Below, one piece after another: positions 1 through 12,433 of a stretch of DNA of 64,000 nucleotides; the first letter of the stretch is position 1, and each line of letters starts with the position of its first letter. The stretch is taken from positions 360,120 to 424,119 of the forward strand of contig NMRA01000228.1 of the NCBI GenBank assembly GCA_002633005.1, written 5' to 3'. The position numbers were made by a program, and so were the translations under genes. This DNA is from Phoronis australis (taxonomy: Eukaryota; Animalia; Phoronida). The notes below the pieces were generated by a model. The model ran no database searches, was not told the origin of the DNA, and saw nothing but the letters and a program-made list of their open reading frames with translations.

Positions 1-73
1 GTTTCACGTAATTTGTTGTTGTCTGATGCTTTGCAAATTTTTTCTCACTTGTATTACTCTATTCCTGCTTCCA

Positions 74-210
74 ATGCCAACAAGGTATTACTGTTGTGCA
101 ATGGGCTGCAACTCCGACGGGAAAAAGTTTGACAAATTGGACAAATACACGTGGACGTGTGATATGAAACTCTTCACCTTCCCAACATCAATAAGACACA
201 TGAAAATGTG
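74..210 (+). pseudogene. Truncated THAP zinc-finger N-terminus (DNA transposon remnant)
   Basis: MPTRYYCCAMGCNSDGKK...KLFTFP matches the start of a THAP domain (M-P..C-x3-GC...F-x-FP). The downstream W, C-x-x-H-F and AVPTIF motifs are absent. Confidence 0.6.
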
Positions 211-2022
211 CCTGATTTCCAAAACGAGGTCATTCGCTTTCTTACCTCCAGGACAAAGGAGAGTTCTATTGCTGTGCAATTCGGGACAGCCATACTGAGC
301 AGGAATACCCATACAACCCTGGTAGTCATATTTGACCAGCAGTTCATTATTCACTGCCTCATAAAGTCCTGTCAACAGACTGCACCTTTCGTATAGTTTT
401 GATATAACACGTATGTAACTAATAAGTTTATATCTTGTGCATGAGCTTGGAATCCTGCTTGATCTCAAGATCACACATTCAGGCAATCGTGTGAAATTTT
501 TTGTTCAGCGTAAAGACTTTTTTTGTAGTAATTAGCCTCACGGTCACCTATTTTCTCCTTTACCGTAACTTGTGTCACAGAAACGGAGTGCAAATTGATT
601 AACCAATAATTGTTTTGGTACTGGTAAATAAGATCGGCAATAGTTGAAAAAGCCATTGAAGGTTGGTTAAAATTAACATTATTTTGTTGTCATGTAATTT
701 ACTTTAATGTGGTACAAAGTTTTATCAACGTGAACATGATTATTTATAGTGATGTTGTCAAGTTCACGCATACCCGGCCATGAAGAGCAAAGAAGAGGCT
801 TAACTGGGACGTCGGACAAACCAACATTCAGATTGTGTTGTCACTGACTGAAACATTTTCAAGAAAGATCGCTCTAGTCGGCTGTCGACTGTGTAATACA
901 AGCAAGTGTTGGCTTATGTAGCAAACGAGCACGTTAGGGAAAGATTTTCTTTCAGTAATGATTTTACTCAAAACAATCATCAAAGTTACTATTTATTAAT
1001 GGCTGGGATGACCTAACAACAAACACTGAATTGTTTTTTAATGAGAATTGACAGCATGGTGAGCAAAAAAACTTTCTTTCAATTTGCTATTATTGAAATT
1101 TTTTTGCAAAACAATAATTCACATTTTTTTCATGATCTCATTCTGTGAGCTACATAGTGGCGAAACTATGGTAAAACTTAAGTTTTACACATTGAACTAA
1201 ACATGAACCAAATCTTTAAATTCACCAAAGAAATAGGTGGCGATAATGACGATGTTCCACAAGGTGTCCAAAAAGTCACTAATGTTGAAATATTCATTGA
1301 AGTTGGAATGTAATTGTTACAAGATAAGTCCACCTGCCCTCTATCCTCATTCCTACGAGATGGGTAGCTTGGTTGGCTAAACCTCAAATTATTTTTTCTA
1401 ATTTTAATTCTCATCATTATTTTTCAAAAAATATTTGTTTTTTACAACTGAAAAATATTTCTTTTTACAGATTGCAAATTAAATGTTTTGAATGCCCACA
1501 GCACTGAGATCCTGGCTTCCTAGTTTCCTTTTACCATGGTGTATACATTTAAGGGCATGCACTCATGTTCAAAATAAAGTTTCTTTCAAAGAAAATTTAC
1601 AATCCAATTTTTTTTAATATAAGGATGCATGCACCTAGAATTCACTTGATACATTTAGAAAGCACAGGTGGCCATTCTTTGCATATTATAAGAGTAAGTT
1701 TTAAACAGGAATTCATTTTTGCCAGTATCATCAAAACATTCAAGTGTTAAATATAAAAATACCATTTTGTAATCAGATAAATTCAGATTCACTGACACTA
1801 TTACTTAGCAATGTGATTCTCTGTCAAGTGCACATCTGCTTAGCGTCACACACTCTGAGAGACAGGCAGAGATAGTATTAGACTTGCCAAAACTTCTATT
1901 TCACGAACCTGTTGAGCAATAATTACTATAACATGTATGGCTCTCGTAAGTTTTAACTCATGAAGCCTACACACGTCTAATGCACCACAAAATACAACAG
2001 ACTGCCTGCATTTTTAGTTATA

Positions 2023-2163
2023 CATGGGCGGCGCGGCACTGAAAAAAGTGGGGGCTAAAGCCCCCCAGCGCCCCTGTGGTGCACCGCCTATGGAGCATGG
2101 GCAGCGCAGCACTGAAAAAAGTGGGGCTATAGCCTCCCAGCCTCCTATGGTGCGCCACCTATG
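2023..2163. repeat. Tandem pair of ~70-bp mini elements with inverted ends
   Basis: Two near-identical GC-rich units, 2023-2092 and 2096-2163, each CATGGGC(G/A)GCGC...GC(A/G)CC(G/A)CCTATG. Confidence 0.7.
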
Positions 2164-3282
2164 TTACAGTGACCTCACTGACCTGCTCAACAGGTTTATT
2201 TTGAGCTTGGGTGTCTCGGGATGTACTTACAAGTAAACTCGTTGTTAATCTAGTAAGTACATCCTGGAAACTATACTACATTAAAATTGAATTGACAGTG
2301 TCAGTGGTCCCATGGCAATGGCGAAAACATGATGTACGAAGCACAGCATAGCAGCAGCTATTGCCATGTATGTCATTCATCAGTGAAGACTCAGTGTCTT
2401 CAAAATTACCCATAATAGTTCACCAAATGGTATCGTTTGTTGTGAGCGCGGTGTGACTGCCAATACTCGTCTAAACATTTTTCCATTTTTCCATGAGGCA
2501 AGTGAAAGTAGTTCTAGTGGTCACCACCAGGGGTTATTGTAATAATTGATTAATCAATATTCAGGCGTAAAGGCCCGACATATTATTTGTATTGTGTCGT
2601 TTATGAACACTGCACAATATCTGGACATAAATGAATCTAACCACTATTTAGTTCAGAGCTCTTGCACAAGTGCCAGTCAATTTTATAGCTCTTTACTTAA
2701 GGAGTTAAGAAAGCAACTATGGCCACGAATGGTAACTTTCTATAGTTCTGCAATATTCCATCTGCTTAAGCAGTTAAAGATGACTAAGACAAGTGTAACG
2801 AGTGTCTTTTCATCTTTGGCTTAAGCTGTTTCATCGCGGGTCTAATCGTTGCCAGCTTCATTTCTTCTCTCAGTAGGCTAGAGTCGAGGAGTGTGTTCAT
2901 GTTCATCCTCAACTGCTCTCACCTGTCTCATCAGCGCTTAACTCCATAAGCTTCAACTTCAATTTACTTGATTTGACATTAGGCCTTCGTCACAGCCAAT
3001 CCAATGACCTGTTTATTTAAAACCATTATAATTTTGAAAAGTAACAGTCAGTAGAAACTATTCTTGGCTCATGTCTGACAGTGACAACTCTGTGGATTGT
3101 TTCTACTGGCATTGATTTCACTCAGCATCTGGAGTGTGAGTATGTTGCCAACAGGTTACTGCAGACAAGGACCCTTCCAAAAATACGTTTTACTTGTGTA
3201 GCTTATCTGGCATGTTCCATGCATGCATGAAAAGTAATTTTGGCAATTTTTCACATTACTCAGCTGACCACTGGTAAAGAAA

Positions 3283-3627
3283 TGTTGTTGCAGCCCAAAC
3301 TGATACCTGCATCAAACTGAAGCTTCTGCAAGTTCCCAAATTACAGCCAGTCATTCATAGTTTTTTAATTGTTGTTAGAACTGAAATTGATGACAATGAG
3401 TGCTCAGGTATGCAGATCATATTGATCAATTGCTGTTACTCACCTCCTTGCACTCACTGTCATTAAATTTCAGTTCTGATAACCGTTGAACATCCTAAAA
3501 ACCACTGGCAATAATTTGGGAACTTAAGGTAGCTTCCATTTGGCGCAAGCATCAGTTTGGCTCACCATCCCGTGTCAAATTGAAGTGCGGCCAAATCAGT
3601 TTGGCATCAGTTTGGGCTGCAACACTG
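3283..3627. mobile_element. Fold-back MITE with hAT-like ends
   Basis: Ends TGTTGCAGCCCAAACTGAT / ATCAGTTTGGGCTGCAACACTG, with long internal inverted arms (AAGTTCCCAAATTA/TAATTTGGGAACTT; AGAACTGAAATT/AATTTCAGTTCT). Confidence 0.75.
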
Positions 3628-4132
3628 ACAAAGAAGTTTGTAATGCTGAGTGAGGCGTGATAAATTGTTCTTCATTTATCAAACTCAGGTCAAAAGTATG
3701 TTAGCACCTTTTACGCTTTGAAAACTAGGTTAGTTGTTGAATGCTTTTTTCTCCTGCAAAAGAGAAATGTTTGAATCCAGAATTTAGTTATTCTTCCAAT
3801 TGTCTTGAAAACTCCTCTTAATTAAAAAGTTACCAATTCGCTTGAAAATTAATTAAAGTTAAGAAGCAAAATTTCAACTGCTTAAAGAAATGTTCTATAT
3901 AATTTAGTGATATTCTTGGTTATTGCTGATTTCTCTGCTTGAAAACCAAATATTAATGTATCCGAATGACTGTGAGTAGTAAGTCGTTTTACAGACTGAA
4001 ATATGAGAAATATGAATTTTAAAACTTTAGTATCTCTCTAAATCAAACATTTACAGTTTCCAACTCCCATACTGTTTTTTGTTAATTGTCTACGCCATTA
4101 CAATGTGAAGTTGAAAGTTTCTGATTTTGCAG

Positions 4133-7100
4133 AACATGATGGTGCTGTTGATGACCCAAACAAACTGCTGGTGACAGACACGACTCTGCCAGTGTTAGAG
4201 ACGACATTAAATGAAAACACAAATTCTAATCAGTTGGAATCTGATGGTAATTACAGTATGATTACAGACACTTTTGTTTGAAGTTGACAGCCAATATAAC
4301 ATGGCAGTTTTTACCATCATAGGACCATGGGTGCTTGAATGATGTGCTTAGTCTATGCACCAATGTACTGAGGCAGATCTACGAGGAGATTCAGGGGTTT
4401 TAAACCCCCCTGGGACAGGATCAAAAATAAAAATTAAAAAAAACGTAGCCAGGAAAACGAAATCAATTACAAAAATCAAAAAATCTTTCACAGGAGGGGG
4501 AAACAACTCCCGACCTCCGCCCGCTCTGCGCTACGTGCCTTGGATTCACGCGAATCCTAAACCCTCCCTTACTGAAATCATTGATCTGCCTCTGGTATAC
4601 CGTAGTCATAGTTAACTGTCATAGAGCTAAGAGTGTGTATGTCAGTGTTTTAGATTTGCTGAAGGGGTGGAATTTGAGGTGAGTGGGGATCTTTCTCTCA
4701 TTGGAAAAAGTTCCCTCACCAGAAAGCACAGGCACTTTTCCCATTAAAATAACCAATGACCTTACGAGATGTGGCACTACCATCTCACAACAGCTTTTGT
4801 ATTTGGCTGCAATAGCATTTAGTAATACTTGTTTCTTACATTGTTTGTTAGTCTAATCATATGGGAAAGGTTTACATTGATTCATATAGTCTTGGTTTTT
4901 CTTTTGAGAATTTGAGAGCAATAGACTGCAAGCTTGTTCAAAACAAGATTTCCCCTAAACAAGGCTTGCTGCACTGTCCAATAACAAAAGTTTGTATTCT
5001 ATAATACAATGACTAACAATTTTTATTATTTAAACCATGGGTAGAATTGTAGAATTATGGTGCTCGTAATTTTTTGATTTGAAACTAAAATTGATGTTTA
5101 TTTTATAACTGACATCACATTAATTTCCTGTTATTTTATGTTTCTAGCGTTACAAAATTCCACCAACCAGGGGACAGATTCTAGCTCAGAAAAGCAGGAT
5201 GACCGGCCTAAAGAAACTGTCACTTTTAAAGTCGTGTACAGCAAACAAAAACACGACGTAACATTTCCACTGGACAATAATATATCAGATTTAAAAAAAC
5301 ATGTTGAAACATTAACAGGTAAGAAATTCAGATGCTTAAAGCCTTTTGCCTATCTTAAGAATTTTTTATTAGAATTTTAAAAGTATGAAATGTTTGTTTC
5401 TTTAGCAGAAGGTAATATGAGTCTACTCAGAATGAATTTTTTTTACTCAAAATCGTGATTTTCTTGTCATTGTTCAGAGTGTTTGTTCCTTTTAGATTTG
5501 CAATCAGAAAGGAACTTGGATGTTGGTTTTATTTCTTTGTATCATTCTCATAGCACCAGAGTGTAACTAAATTGATTTTACTTCAATTCCAGGTGTTCCG
5601 TCTACTATGCAAAAAATAATGTTCAAGGGTAAGCATTTTTAAATTTTGCTGCTTTTACAATAAAATCATACAACTTTTCAAAGGTGCCTTACTAATTGTG
5701 GTGAAAATTGTTCAACTTTGGTTACAGTATAACCAGAAAGTGGAATGTTATTCTGTCTTCAAATTTTCTCAACAGAAAATGATGTCATTGTAGTCATGGT
5801 CTGTATCACATAAGGATGTCATTGTAGTCATGGTCTGTATCACATAAGGATGTCATTATAGTCATGGTCTGTATCACATAAGGATGTCATTGTAGTCATG
5901 GTCTGTATCACATAAGGATGTCATTATAGTCATGGTCTGTATCACACAACAACATTTTGTAAAATCATCATTTATAGCTAAATATAGCAAGCCTGCCAAT
6001 AATGAAAAATAAAAGGTTTTAAACAGCTTATTATTTCAAGTGACTCATTCATAAGTCATTTTAAATTATAATAAGCTGTTTTTACAAATTTTGTTTGAAA
6101 TTAAAGAATATTCACCCCTAACATATCCTTTTGTTCCTGCTCTGAATCGAAACACCAGGGTCTGTTTCATGAAAAGTGACTTGTGCAAGTCATAAATTTG
6201 GACTTATGCTCCACACAACTATTTCTGACAATGATCTCTTTTTATCAAAAATACAAAATCTGAAAATCTGCCCGTAAGGCAGTTACTAACTACATATCAA
6301 TTACCGTAATCGTTCGGGTTAACGCCCATGCTCAGTTAACCGCCCATCCCCAACTTTAAGTGGATTTTCGATTTAACTGCCCACTGCTCGGTTAACCGCC
6401 CTCCCCCGATTTTTTGGATTCGCCAATTTAACTGCCCAGGGCATTAACCCGAATGATTACGGTATTTCTGGGCTGTGGTGTGCTGATTATTAGGTGGCTA
6501 AACCTTTAAGTTTAGTAACTGTCAAGTGGGAGCACAAGATCAAATTTCTGTCTTAAGTCACTCTTGATGAAATACACTCCTGGGTCTTCATCTGCTGTAG
6601 GCCTTGCAAAGGATGAACAGTCGTTGCGGGACCTGAAAGTAACGAAAGGTGCAAAGTTCATGGTGATAGGCTCAACTTTAAATGATGTGTTAGCTGTTAG
6701 TTCTAAACCCTCTCCAGCGGAACTCAAAAAGGAAGAGGAAACTGCTTCAGTCAAAGAACCCCTGTGTAGGCAAAAGGTAAATTGTAGTACAGTACCTAGT
6801 AGCTAAATACCAAGAACCCTTGTGTTGTCAAAAGATAAGTTGTTGTAGATAAATACCAACATATCATCTGCTTTCCTCATACCTGTAATGCTAAGAACTG
6901 AATGTTAAAGGCTAATGCCATCCGATTTAATTAGTCTTTTTTGACGTCTTAATCGGTCTATATCCACACCGCCTCGCATACGGTCGACCTTACCTTGCCA
7001 AGAGGTGTCGCGTTAGCCTGTGAGGAAGGTGAGAAACGACGCTAGCGACGTCAGTGGTTCATATGCAGAGTGAATGCCGCTATGTCGCGGTGCATCGTTC

Positions 7101-10100
7101 CCCCGCTTGCGCGAACTACATGTAAGCAGCTGCGAAGAAAGCGGGTATATTAAATTTTTTTACTTCCTCGAAAGTCCGAAATGCTTAGGAAGGGGCTCGT
7201 GGTAGTGAAGAATGAAATGTACGCTGTAAATAGTAAGTATGAGGCCGTGAAACATCTCCGTGTCTGTGGCCTGCAGACGTCGACAGTGTCTGACGAATGC
7301 CGGCTTATTAAATAACTCCATACGTTCCGTTGTCTGAGCTTGTTCACGGCGCCTCTCTAGTATTTCTTCGTCACTGTATTTTTGTTCGAATTGATAGCCT
7401 GTAAAACTTAACAATCCACCTGCGAAGTCGGGACTGATGAGCTCTAGCTCGTCCTAGTAAGTCGGGATTGCGACTAGTTGCCATGTTCGACGTTTATTAC
7501 TGAATGAATTATTCTCACCCTAACCAATACTTATATAAAAGTGAAACAAAGTCTGTCTAATGCCTTTGGAGTGTTCTTGAGTGCAAATGATTTGAGAAGC
7601 CAGCAATGAATAAATCACTGCGTTACCGGCTTTAGGTGCAATAAAACTAATTGACGGGACACCGAGACCGTGTGAGCTCATGCTAATTTAGTGTTTTCTG
7701 GCAGAAACTGTTGTGAAACAACTCGATTTCCATCCCACGGCCAGGTGTTAGGGGAATCTTTATTTCCTTTTACATTACTCAAATAATGATTGTCAGTGTA
7801 CAACTTCTGCCCTGACGGTACTGTGGCCAAAGCGGAACCTGAATTCGCGGCCCCCCGACGAGTAAGTAGATTTACAGTTTCGTGGCTAATTCCCCAACAT
7901 AATCAGGTGCACATTACTTTGGCTCACTAGTATAGTATTTTCTTGACTGGAAGTTTAGTTTCCACTGAACTTTGGCTGGTTTATTTTCGTGATGTCTTAT
8001 CAGTTTCCGAGCCATTGATCGGGATAACAATCCGGCCGGCCGCGACGGGCCTGATCGGGCTCCGAGCCACTGGCCAGGATTACAAGCGTTTTGTGTTTAG
8101 AAATAAAAAATCACAATTCTAAACAACACAGATCTAGGTTCTCATGTCTGCATCTCACGGAAAATACTTCGAAATTATCTCCGAACAGACCCCAAACTCC
8201 TGCTACGGACCTTATTGGCCTGCCCGAACTTTGTAGGCTACGGAGTGTCCAAATACCAATAAATCCGTAAGAGCGAAATAAAACAACACTTTTTTATAAG
8301 AAATCGATGTATTTTTAAGGGTTTTGCATCGAAGTTTCATGATTTATTGGTGTTAAACGATGACTTCAAGCGATAAGCTGACACCAGTAACCCGTGTTGT
8401 GAACTGCTGAACAAACTGCGTGTGAAACCGATGACGTCATTGGATAATTTCAACACCTCCGTCTGCCGTCAGGTGTCAGGTAACGCAACCGTACGTGTCG
8501 TTATGGAGCAGAACTACTCGATCTAAATTGTTACAAATTAGGTTGTTTTTTGGGTGGTATGCTCCTTTAAAATGTATTGTGAAAGTCAGTGCCTTGTGCA
8601 GTGAACGTACCTGCTATGCCAAATTTTACAATACAATATAACCATGTGACTCAATCAAAGATAGGTTGGTATAAGGTCTAAAAGTTTATTCTGGTACACT
8701 TTCTACTTTTTAGCTGAATGCACAATAATATTATTATTTTGCAGTTTCATAAAAAAGTTTTTGAAAAGTATGGAAAACCTGATGATGCCATGATTGGGAT
8801 AAAAAACATACAAGAACCTCTGCCAAATGTACCACTGACAGGCATGTATAATAAGGCAGGCGGGAAGGTGCGACTGACCTTCAAGATGGAGGTCGACCAG
8901 CTGTGGATTGGGACTAAAGGTAACACGGGTTGATAAATGGAATGTTTTAGTAAGGATACTTAAGAGCCACCACAAAAAATTAGATTGTTTCCAAACTGGA
9001 AGACCTTGGCTGCAACTGTCAATGGATAAGATGAGGTGTTACCATACAGCTGTTCATTACATTTGAACATTAAGCCAAGGCTTTTGAATAACGAATGTAT
9101 GATTAGTTGTCTCATAGAATGGTTTCTTTTTAAAGATTTTCTGTTAAGTTCAACAAAGATAATTTCTAAGTAGAACTCCTCTTTGTGAGAAATGTGTTCA
9201 TAACATTTAAAGCCTTTTTTGAACGTATTTTTGTTATTCCTGATGTATTGGTTAGTCCTAACAACGCTTTGGCAAGGCAAGAAATTACGATTTAAATTCC
9301 ATCACTGGCATGTCAGTTGATTTGTGAAGCAGCATTTATTGTGCCATATTGTGTCACTGCAAGAGAACAGCAAGTAAGGAACAGCTGATTGCAGTAGCGT
9401 TGAACATTCTGCAGTATCTTCAGTAGAATTATGTATTTGCCACTGGTACAAAAATATATTAAAAAGAACACCAGTGTATGCAGTCAATGTGAGTGTCTGA
9501 TTAAATTAACTGAAGAATGTTCGCGTTGACTTAGACAGAAGTCACGAAAGCCTAACTGTTCATTACATTTAGCAATTAATGACTGCAGTGTGGTCAGAGT
9601 TATACTTTTAATGTATAAAGGATCAAAATTTACGTCGTGTTACTGTTAAAGGAAGGGTCTAAGTTTAGTTTTCAAAGGGCAGTTAAAATGATGCATTTAT
9701 AACTTGAGATCTAGTGTTAGTGAGAGCTTACCTTCAGAAGTCAAATTACCCATGAGATGGGATGGGTACGTGTTGTGTACATGGCACAGTCCAGGAAAAT
9801 TTCTTTACTGTGCCATAAGATAGAAACTAATGACTGGAACAAATTTTATCGCAAATATTCGACATTCCTTGTTGCTCCTAGTGTGAAAAAATTCTTGGAA
9901 AAATTTAGGACTTAAGAATATATTGTTGGAGTACCGAATGTCATGAAAGTATTTTTCATTCAATGGCTAACTGCGCACACACTGAGCCATTTTAGTGAAC
10001 ACTGCCCTTGTCTAAGTTTTTGTAAATAAAAGTACCACAATTTGAAGTTTTGAGCATTGGATAAATCAGCATAGAAAGGCCAACCTTTGATTGTCACAAT

Positions 10101-12433
10101 TCCAAGTGTTTTAAATTTCTTTTGGCGTCCAAATCCTAAGATTGTAAGTGTCCCAAAATCCTGTTATGTACTGATTCTGTGTTATTTCAGAACGGACAGA
10201 CAAAATCCCCATGGGCTCAATAAAAGCTATAGTGAATGAACCCATTGAAAATCATGAAGAATACCACATTATGGTAAGTTGATGTAGGAAGGAGAAGAAA
10301 ATATATTAACAAGACACCTTGTCTGGTTAGACGGAAATAGTTTGGTTCTGGTATATGTCTTGTGTTGAATCCTGCGCATCAAGGCTGACTTCAGGTGGCG
10401 CTTGGTAAAAGCAAGAAGGATGGATCCCCATTCATTTCCCAACAAGCTATTATGAATGCTTCTTGTATTAGTTGGGATTACAACTGGTGTTTGGGGATTG
10501 GGAAACGGAGATTGGTGTTCAGAAACTGCAGCAAGTTCGATGTAGCATTTTGCTTTCTCATTTTAAACTCTGAACATGAAAAATTAAATGCGACATTGAA
10601 AAATTAAATGCGACATTGAAAAATTAAGGTAATGTTGTGGTTAAAACACAAGGAAAGATGGCGACTCATTTCAACTGGGATTAGGCAACTTTTACTTTTT
10701 GAAATACGTACAAACTACCAATTAGTTTACTTTTGGCTTAATAAGACACATTATTCACTGAGAATTATTGCAATTGTTGTTCTGTTTGTCACCTTGTTTA
10801 TATCTTGAATGAGTTATAAAATTCAAAATTGTGTGAAACGCATTGATTAGTCTGTTCTTGATACTGCGTAAGCCACTAGCTACAAAGACATTTCTCAATA
10901 TATGCAGCAGTTTACTCATGCATTTCTCAATATATGCAGCAGTTTACTCATGCATTTCTCAATATATGTAGCAGTTTACTCATGCATTTCTCAATATATG
11001 CAGCAGTTTACTCATGCATTTCTCAATATATGCAGCAGTTTACTCATGCATTTCTCAATATGCAACAAATCGGAATTGTTCAAAATGTTATTTTTCAACC
11101 AGTCTGAAAGCTTTAATCTTAATTAATTCCGTTAATCACTGAGAAGCAATGTAGACCATCCTTTGCCAGTGCTACCCCTCATAGCAGTGGGAACAGTGTA
11201 GGTGAGCTTCCTGGCCACACCGACACACGTTATTCTGTACCAAATTACTAAGGTAGTGTCTTATAGTCATGTTTTATTTATCTTTTAGTTAAATTGTTGC
11301 TTCATATCTGCACACAGTTTCATTATCATCATTTCAGGTTATTAAGAATCCCAAGTCTGTGTATGTAACCATATACATACTCAGCTATAGGATTGTATTC
11401 AGAAATACTTGGATGACTAGCACTGCACCCCTAGACTCACTACCGTTGCGCACCCTAGTGTGTGTAAATATTGAAAATAATTAGTTGCCCTTATATCTGA
11501 CATCTTTGCCATTTGTGATGCACACAGTAGCCTTAACTTGTGTGTGTGCTTGTGATAGTGTACTGAAAGGCTGTAAACAGATTTTTCAATATGAATTTAG
11601 CTATTAGTCGAGTACAGTTAGTAAAACTCATGCATTGTTATTACTATTTGTGTATGTTGGCAGCAAATTTTTCATTTAAGCAAGTGGTATTTAACTCTAG
11701 GCTAGTTTCTGGGAATTCAAACTTTCTTAGAGTCATTTCATACACTTGGAAAGGCTCACGATACAGAAGCTGCCCAATATTCATTGCAAAAATGAGGAGA
11801 ACATATTAAATACATAATATACATGTAATTCTGGATCCAAGTCCGCCTACGTTAAGGGAGACAAATATGAAACAACTGGCCTGAAAACTCATAGAAAGAA
11901 ACTTGCACAGACCCTTATTGGATACTACAGAATACAGACACAAGAGACTAAGCATACAATTTGAGCATGCATTCTTGCCTGGTGTCGTGGTGTTCAGACT
12001 TGGGTTCTCAGATAACTACTAACACAAGCATATCTAGTACAAGTGTGCTCAACAATCACACTTCTGGAAATTTTCTTTCCATTGGGATTAAAAAAGTGTT
12101 CTTCTATTGAACTAGACTGATGGTACACTGACAGTTGTCTAGACAATGTGTAAATGTATGTCTAACCGTTTCACCCCTGTTTCAGGATGATATTTCTGCT
12201 GATAACCAAATTTAGCCGGTATGACGGGGAAACATTATTTAGTGTAGTTTTACTGTTATCTTGTACTGTATTTTATAATTTTTGTTTGCATTTTTTTGAC
12301 GATTTGGTGTTTTTGTAAAGTGTTTTCGTTGTACCTTCAGGGCATACAGCTTGGACCTACAGAGGCCTCCAGATATTGGGTTTACTGGGTCCCAGCACAG
12401 TACGTCAGCGCTATCAAAGATACAATACTGTAA
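4133..12433 (+). CDS. UBFD1: Ubiquitin domain-containing protein UBFD1 (5'-partial; 7 exons visible)
   Basis: Phase-consistent GT-AG exons: 4133-4246, 5148-5318, 5593-5628, 6601-6776, 8745-8919, 10191-10273, 12341-12433 (TAA). The joined protein has a ubiquitin-like domain (VTFKVVYSKQKHDVTF...LTGVPSTMQKIMFKGLAKDEQSLRDLKVTKGAKFMVIGS) and the UBFD1 C-terminal region (GMYNKAGGKVRLTFK...LWIGTKERTDKIPMGSIK...QLGPTEASRYWVYWVPAQYV). Exon 4133-4246 is supported only by splice signals and phase. The start exon was not found and probably lies upstream of the window. Confidence 0.93.
4368..4594. mobile_element. MITE with GAGGCAGATC terminal inverted repeats
   Basis: CTGAGGCAGATCT ... TGATCTGCCTCTG enclosing a GC-richer interior. 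Confidence 0.6.
5781..5948. repeat. 34-bp minisatellite, 5 copies
   Basis: GATGTCATT(G/A)TAGTCATGGTCTGTATCACATAAG at 5781, 5815, 5849, 5883 and 5917. Confidence 0.95.
6155..6583. mobile_element. MITE with long imperfect CCAGG TIRs, hosting a nested element
   Basis: Left end CCAGGGTCTGTTTCATGAAAAGTGACTT...AAATTTGGACTTATGCTCC. Reverse complement of the right end is CCAGGAGTGTATTTCATCAAGAGTGACTT...AAATTTGATCTTGTGCTCC. Confidence 0.75.
6302..6464. mobile_element. Tc1/mariner-type MITE (TA-flanked), nested in 6155-6583
   Basis: TA-CCGTAATCGTTCGGGTTAACGCCC ... GGGCATTAACCCGAATGATTACGG-TA, with 2 mismatches over the 24-bp TIR. A related decayed copy starts near 12811. Confidence 0.85.
6909..8566. 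mobile_element. Kolobok-like non-autonomous DNA transposon (1.66 kb)
   Basis: TTAA on both flanks (6905-6908, 8567-8570). Ends are AGG...CCT with imperfect TIRs (AGGCTAATGCCATCCG vs AGGAGCATACCACCCA). The interior is CpG-rich relative to the host intron and carries divergent coding remnants (see findings). Confidence 0.75.
10889..11064. repeat. 32-bp minisatellite, about 5.5 copies
   Basis: CATTTCTCAATATATGCAGCAGTTTACTCATG at 10889, 10921, 10953, 10985, 11017 and a partial copy at 11049. Confidence 0.95.

Noticed and set aside
5781-5948. 34-bp repeats as a CRISPR-like array (also the 32-bp array at 10889 and the 58-bp array at 30908)
   Set aside because: The units are directly adjacent with no unique spacers, there are no cas genes, and the context is eukaryotic introns. 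These are ordinary minisatellites.
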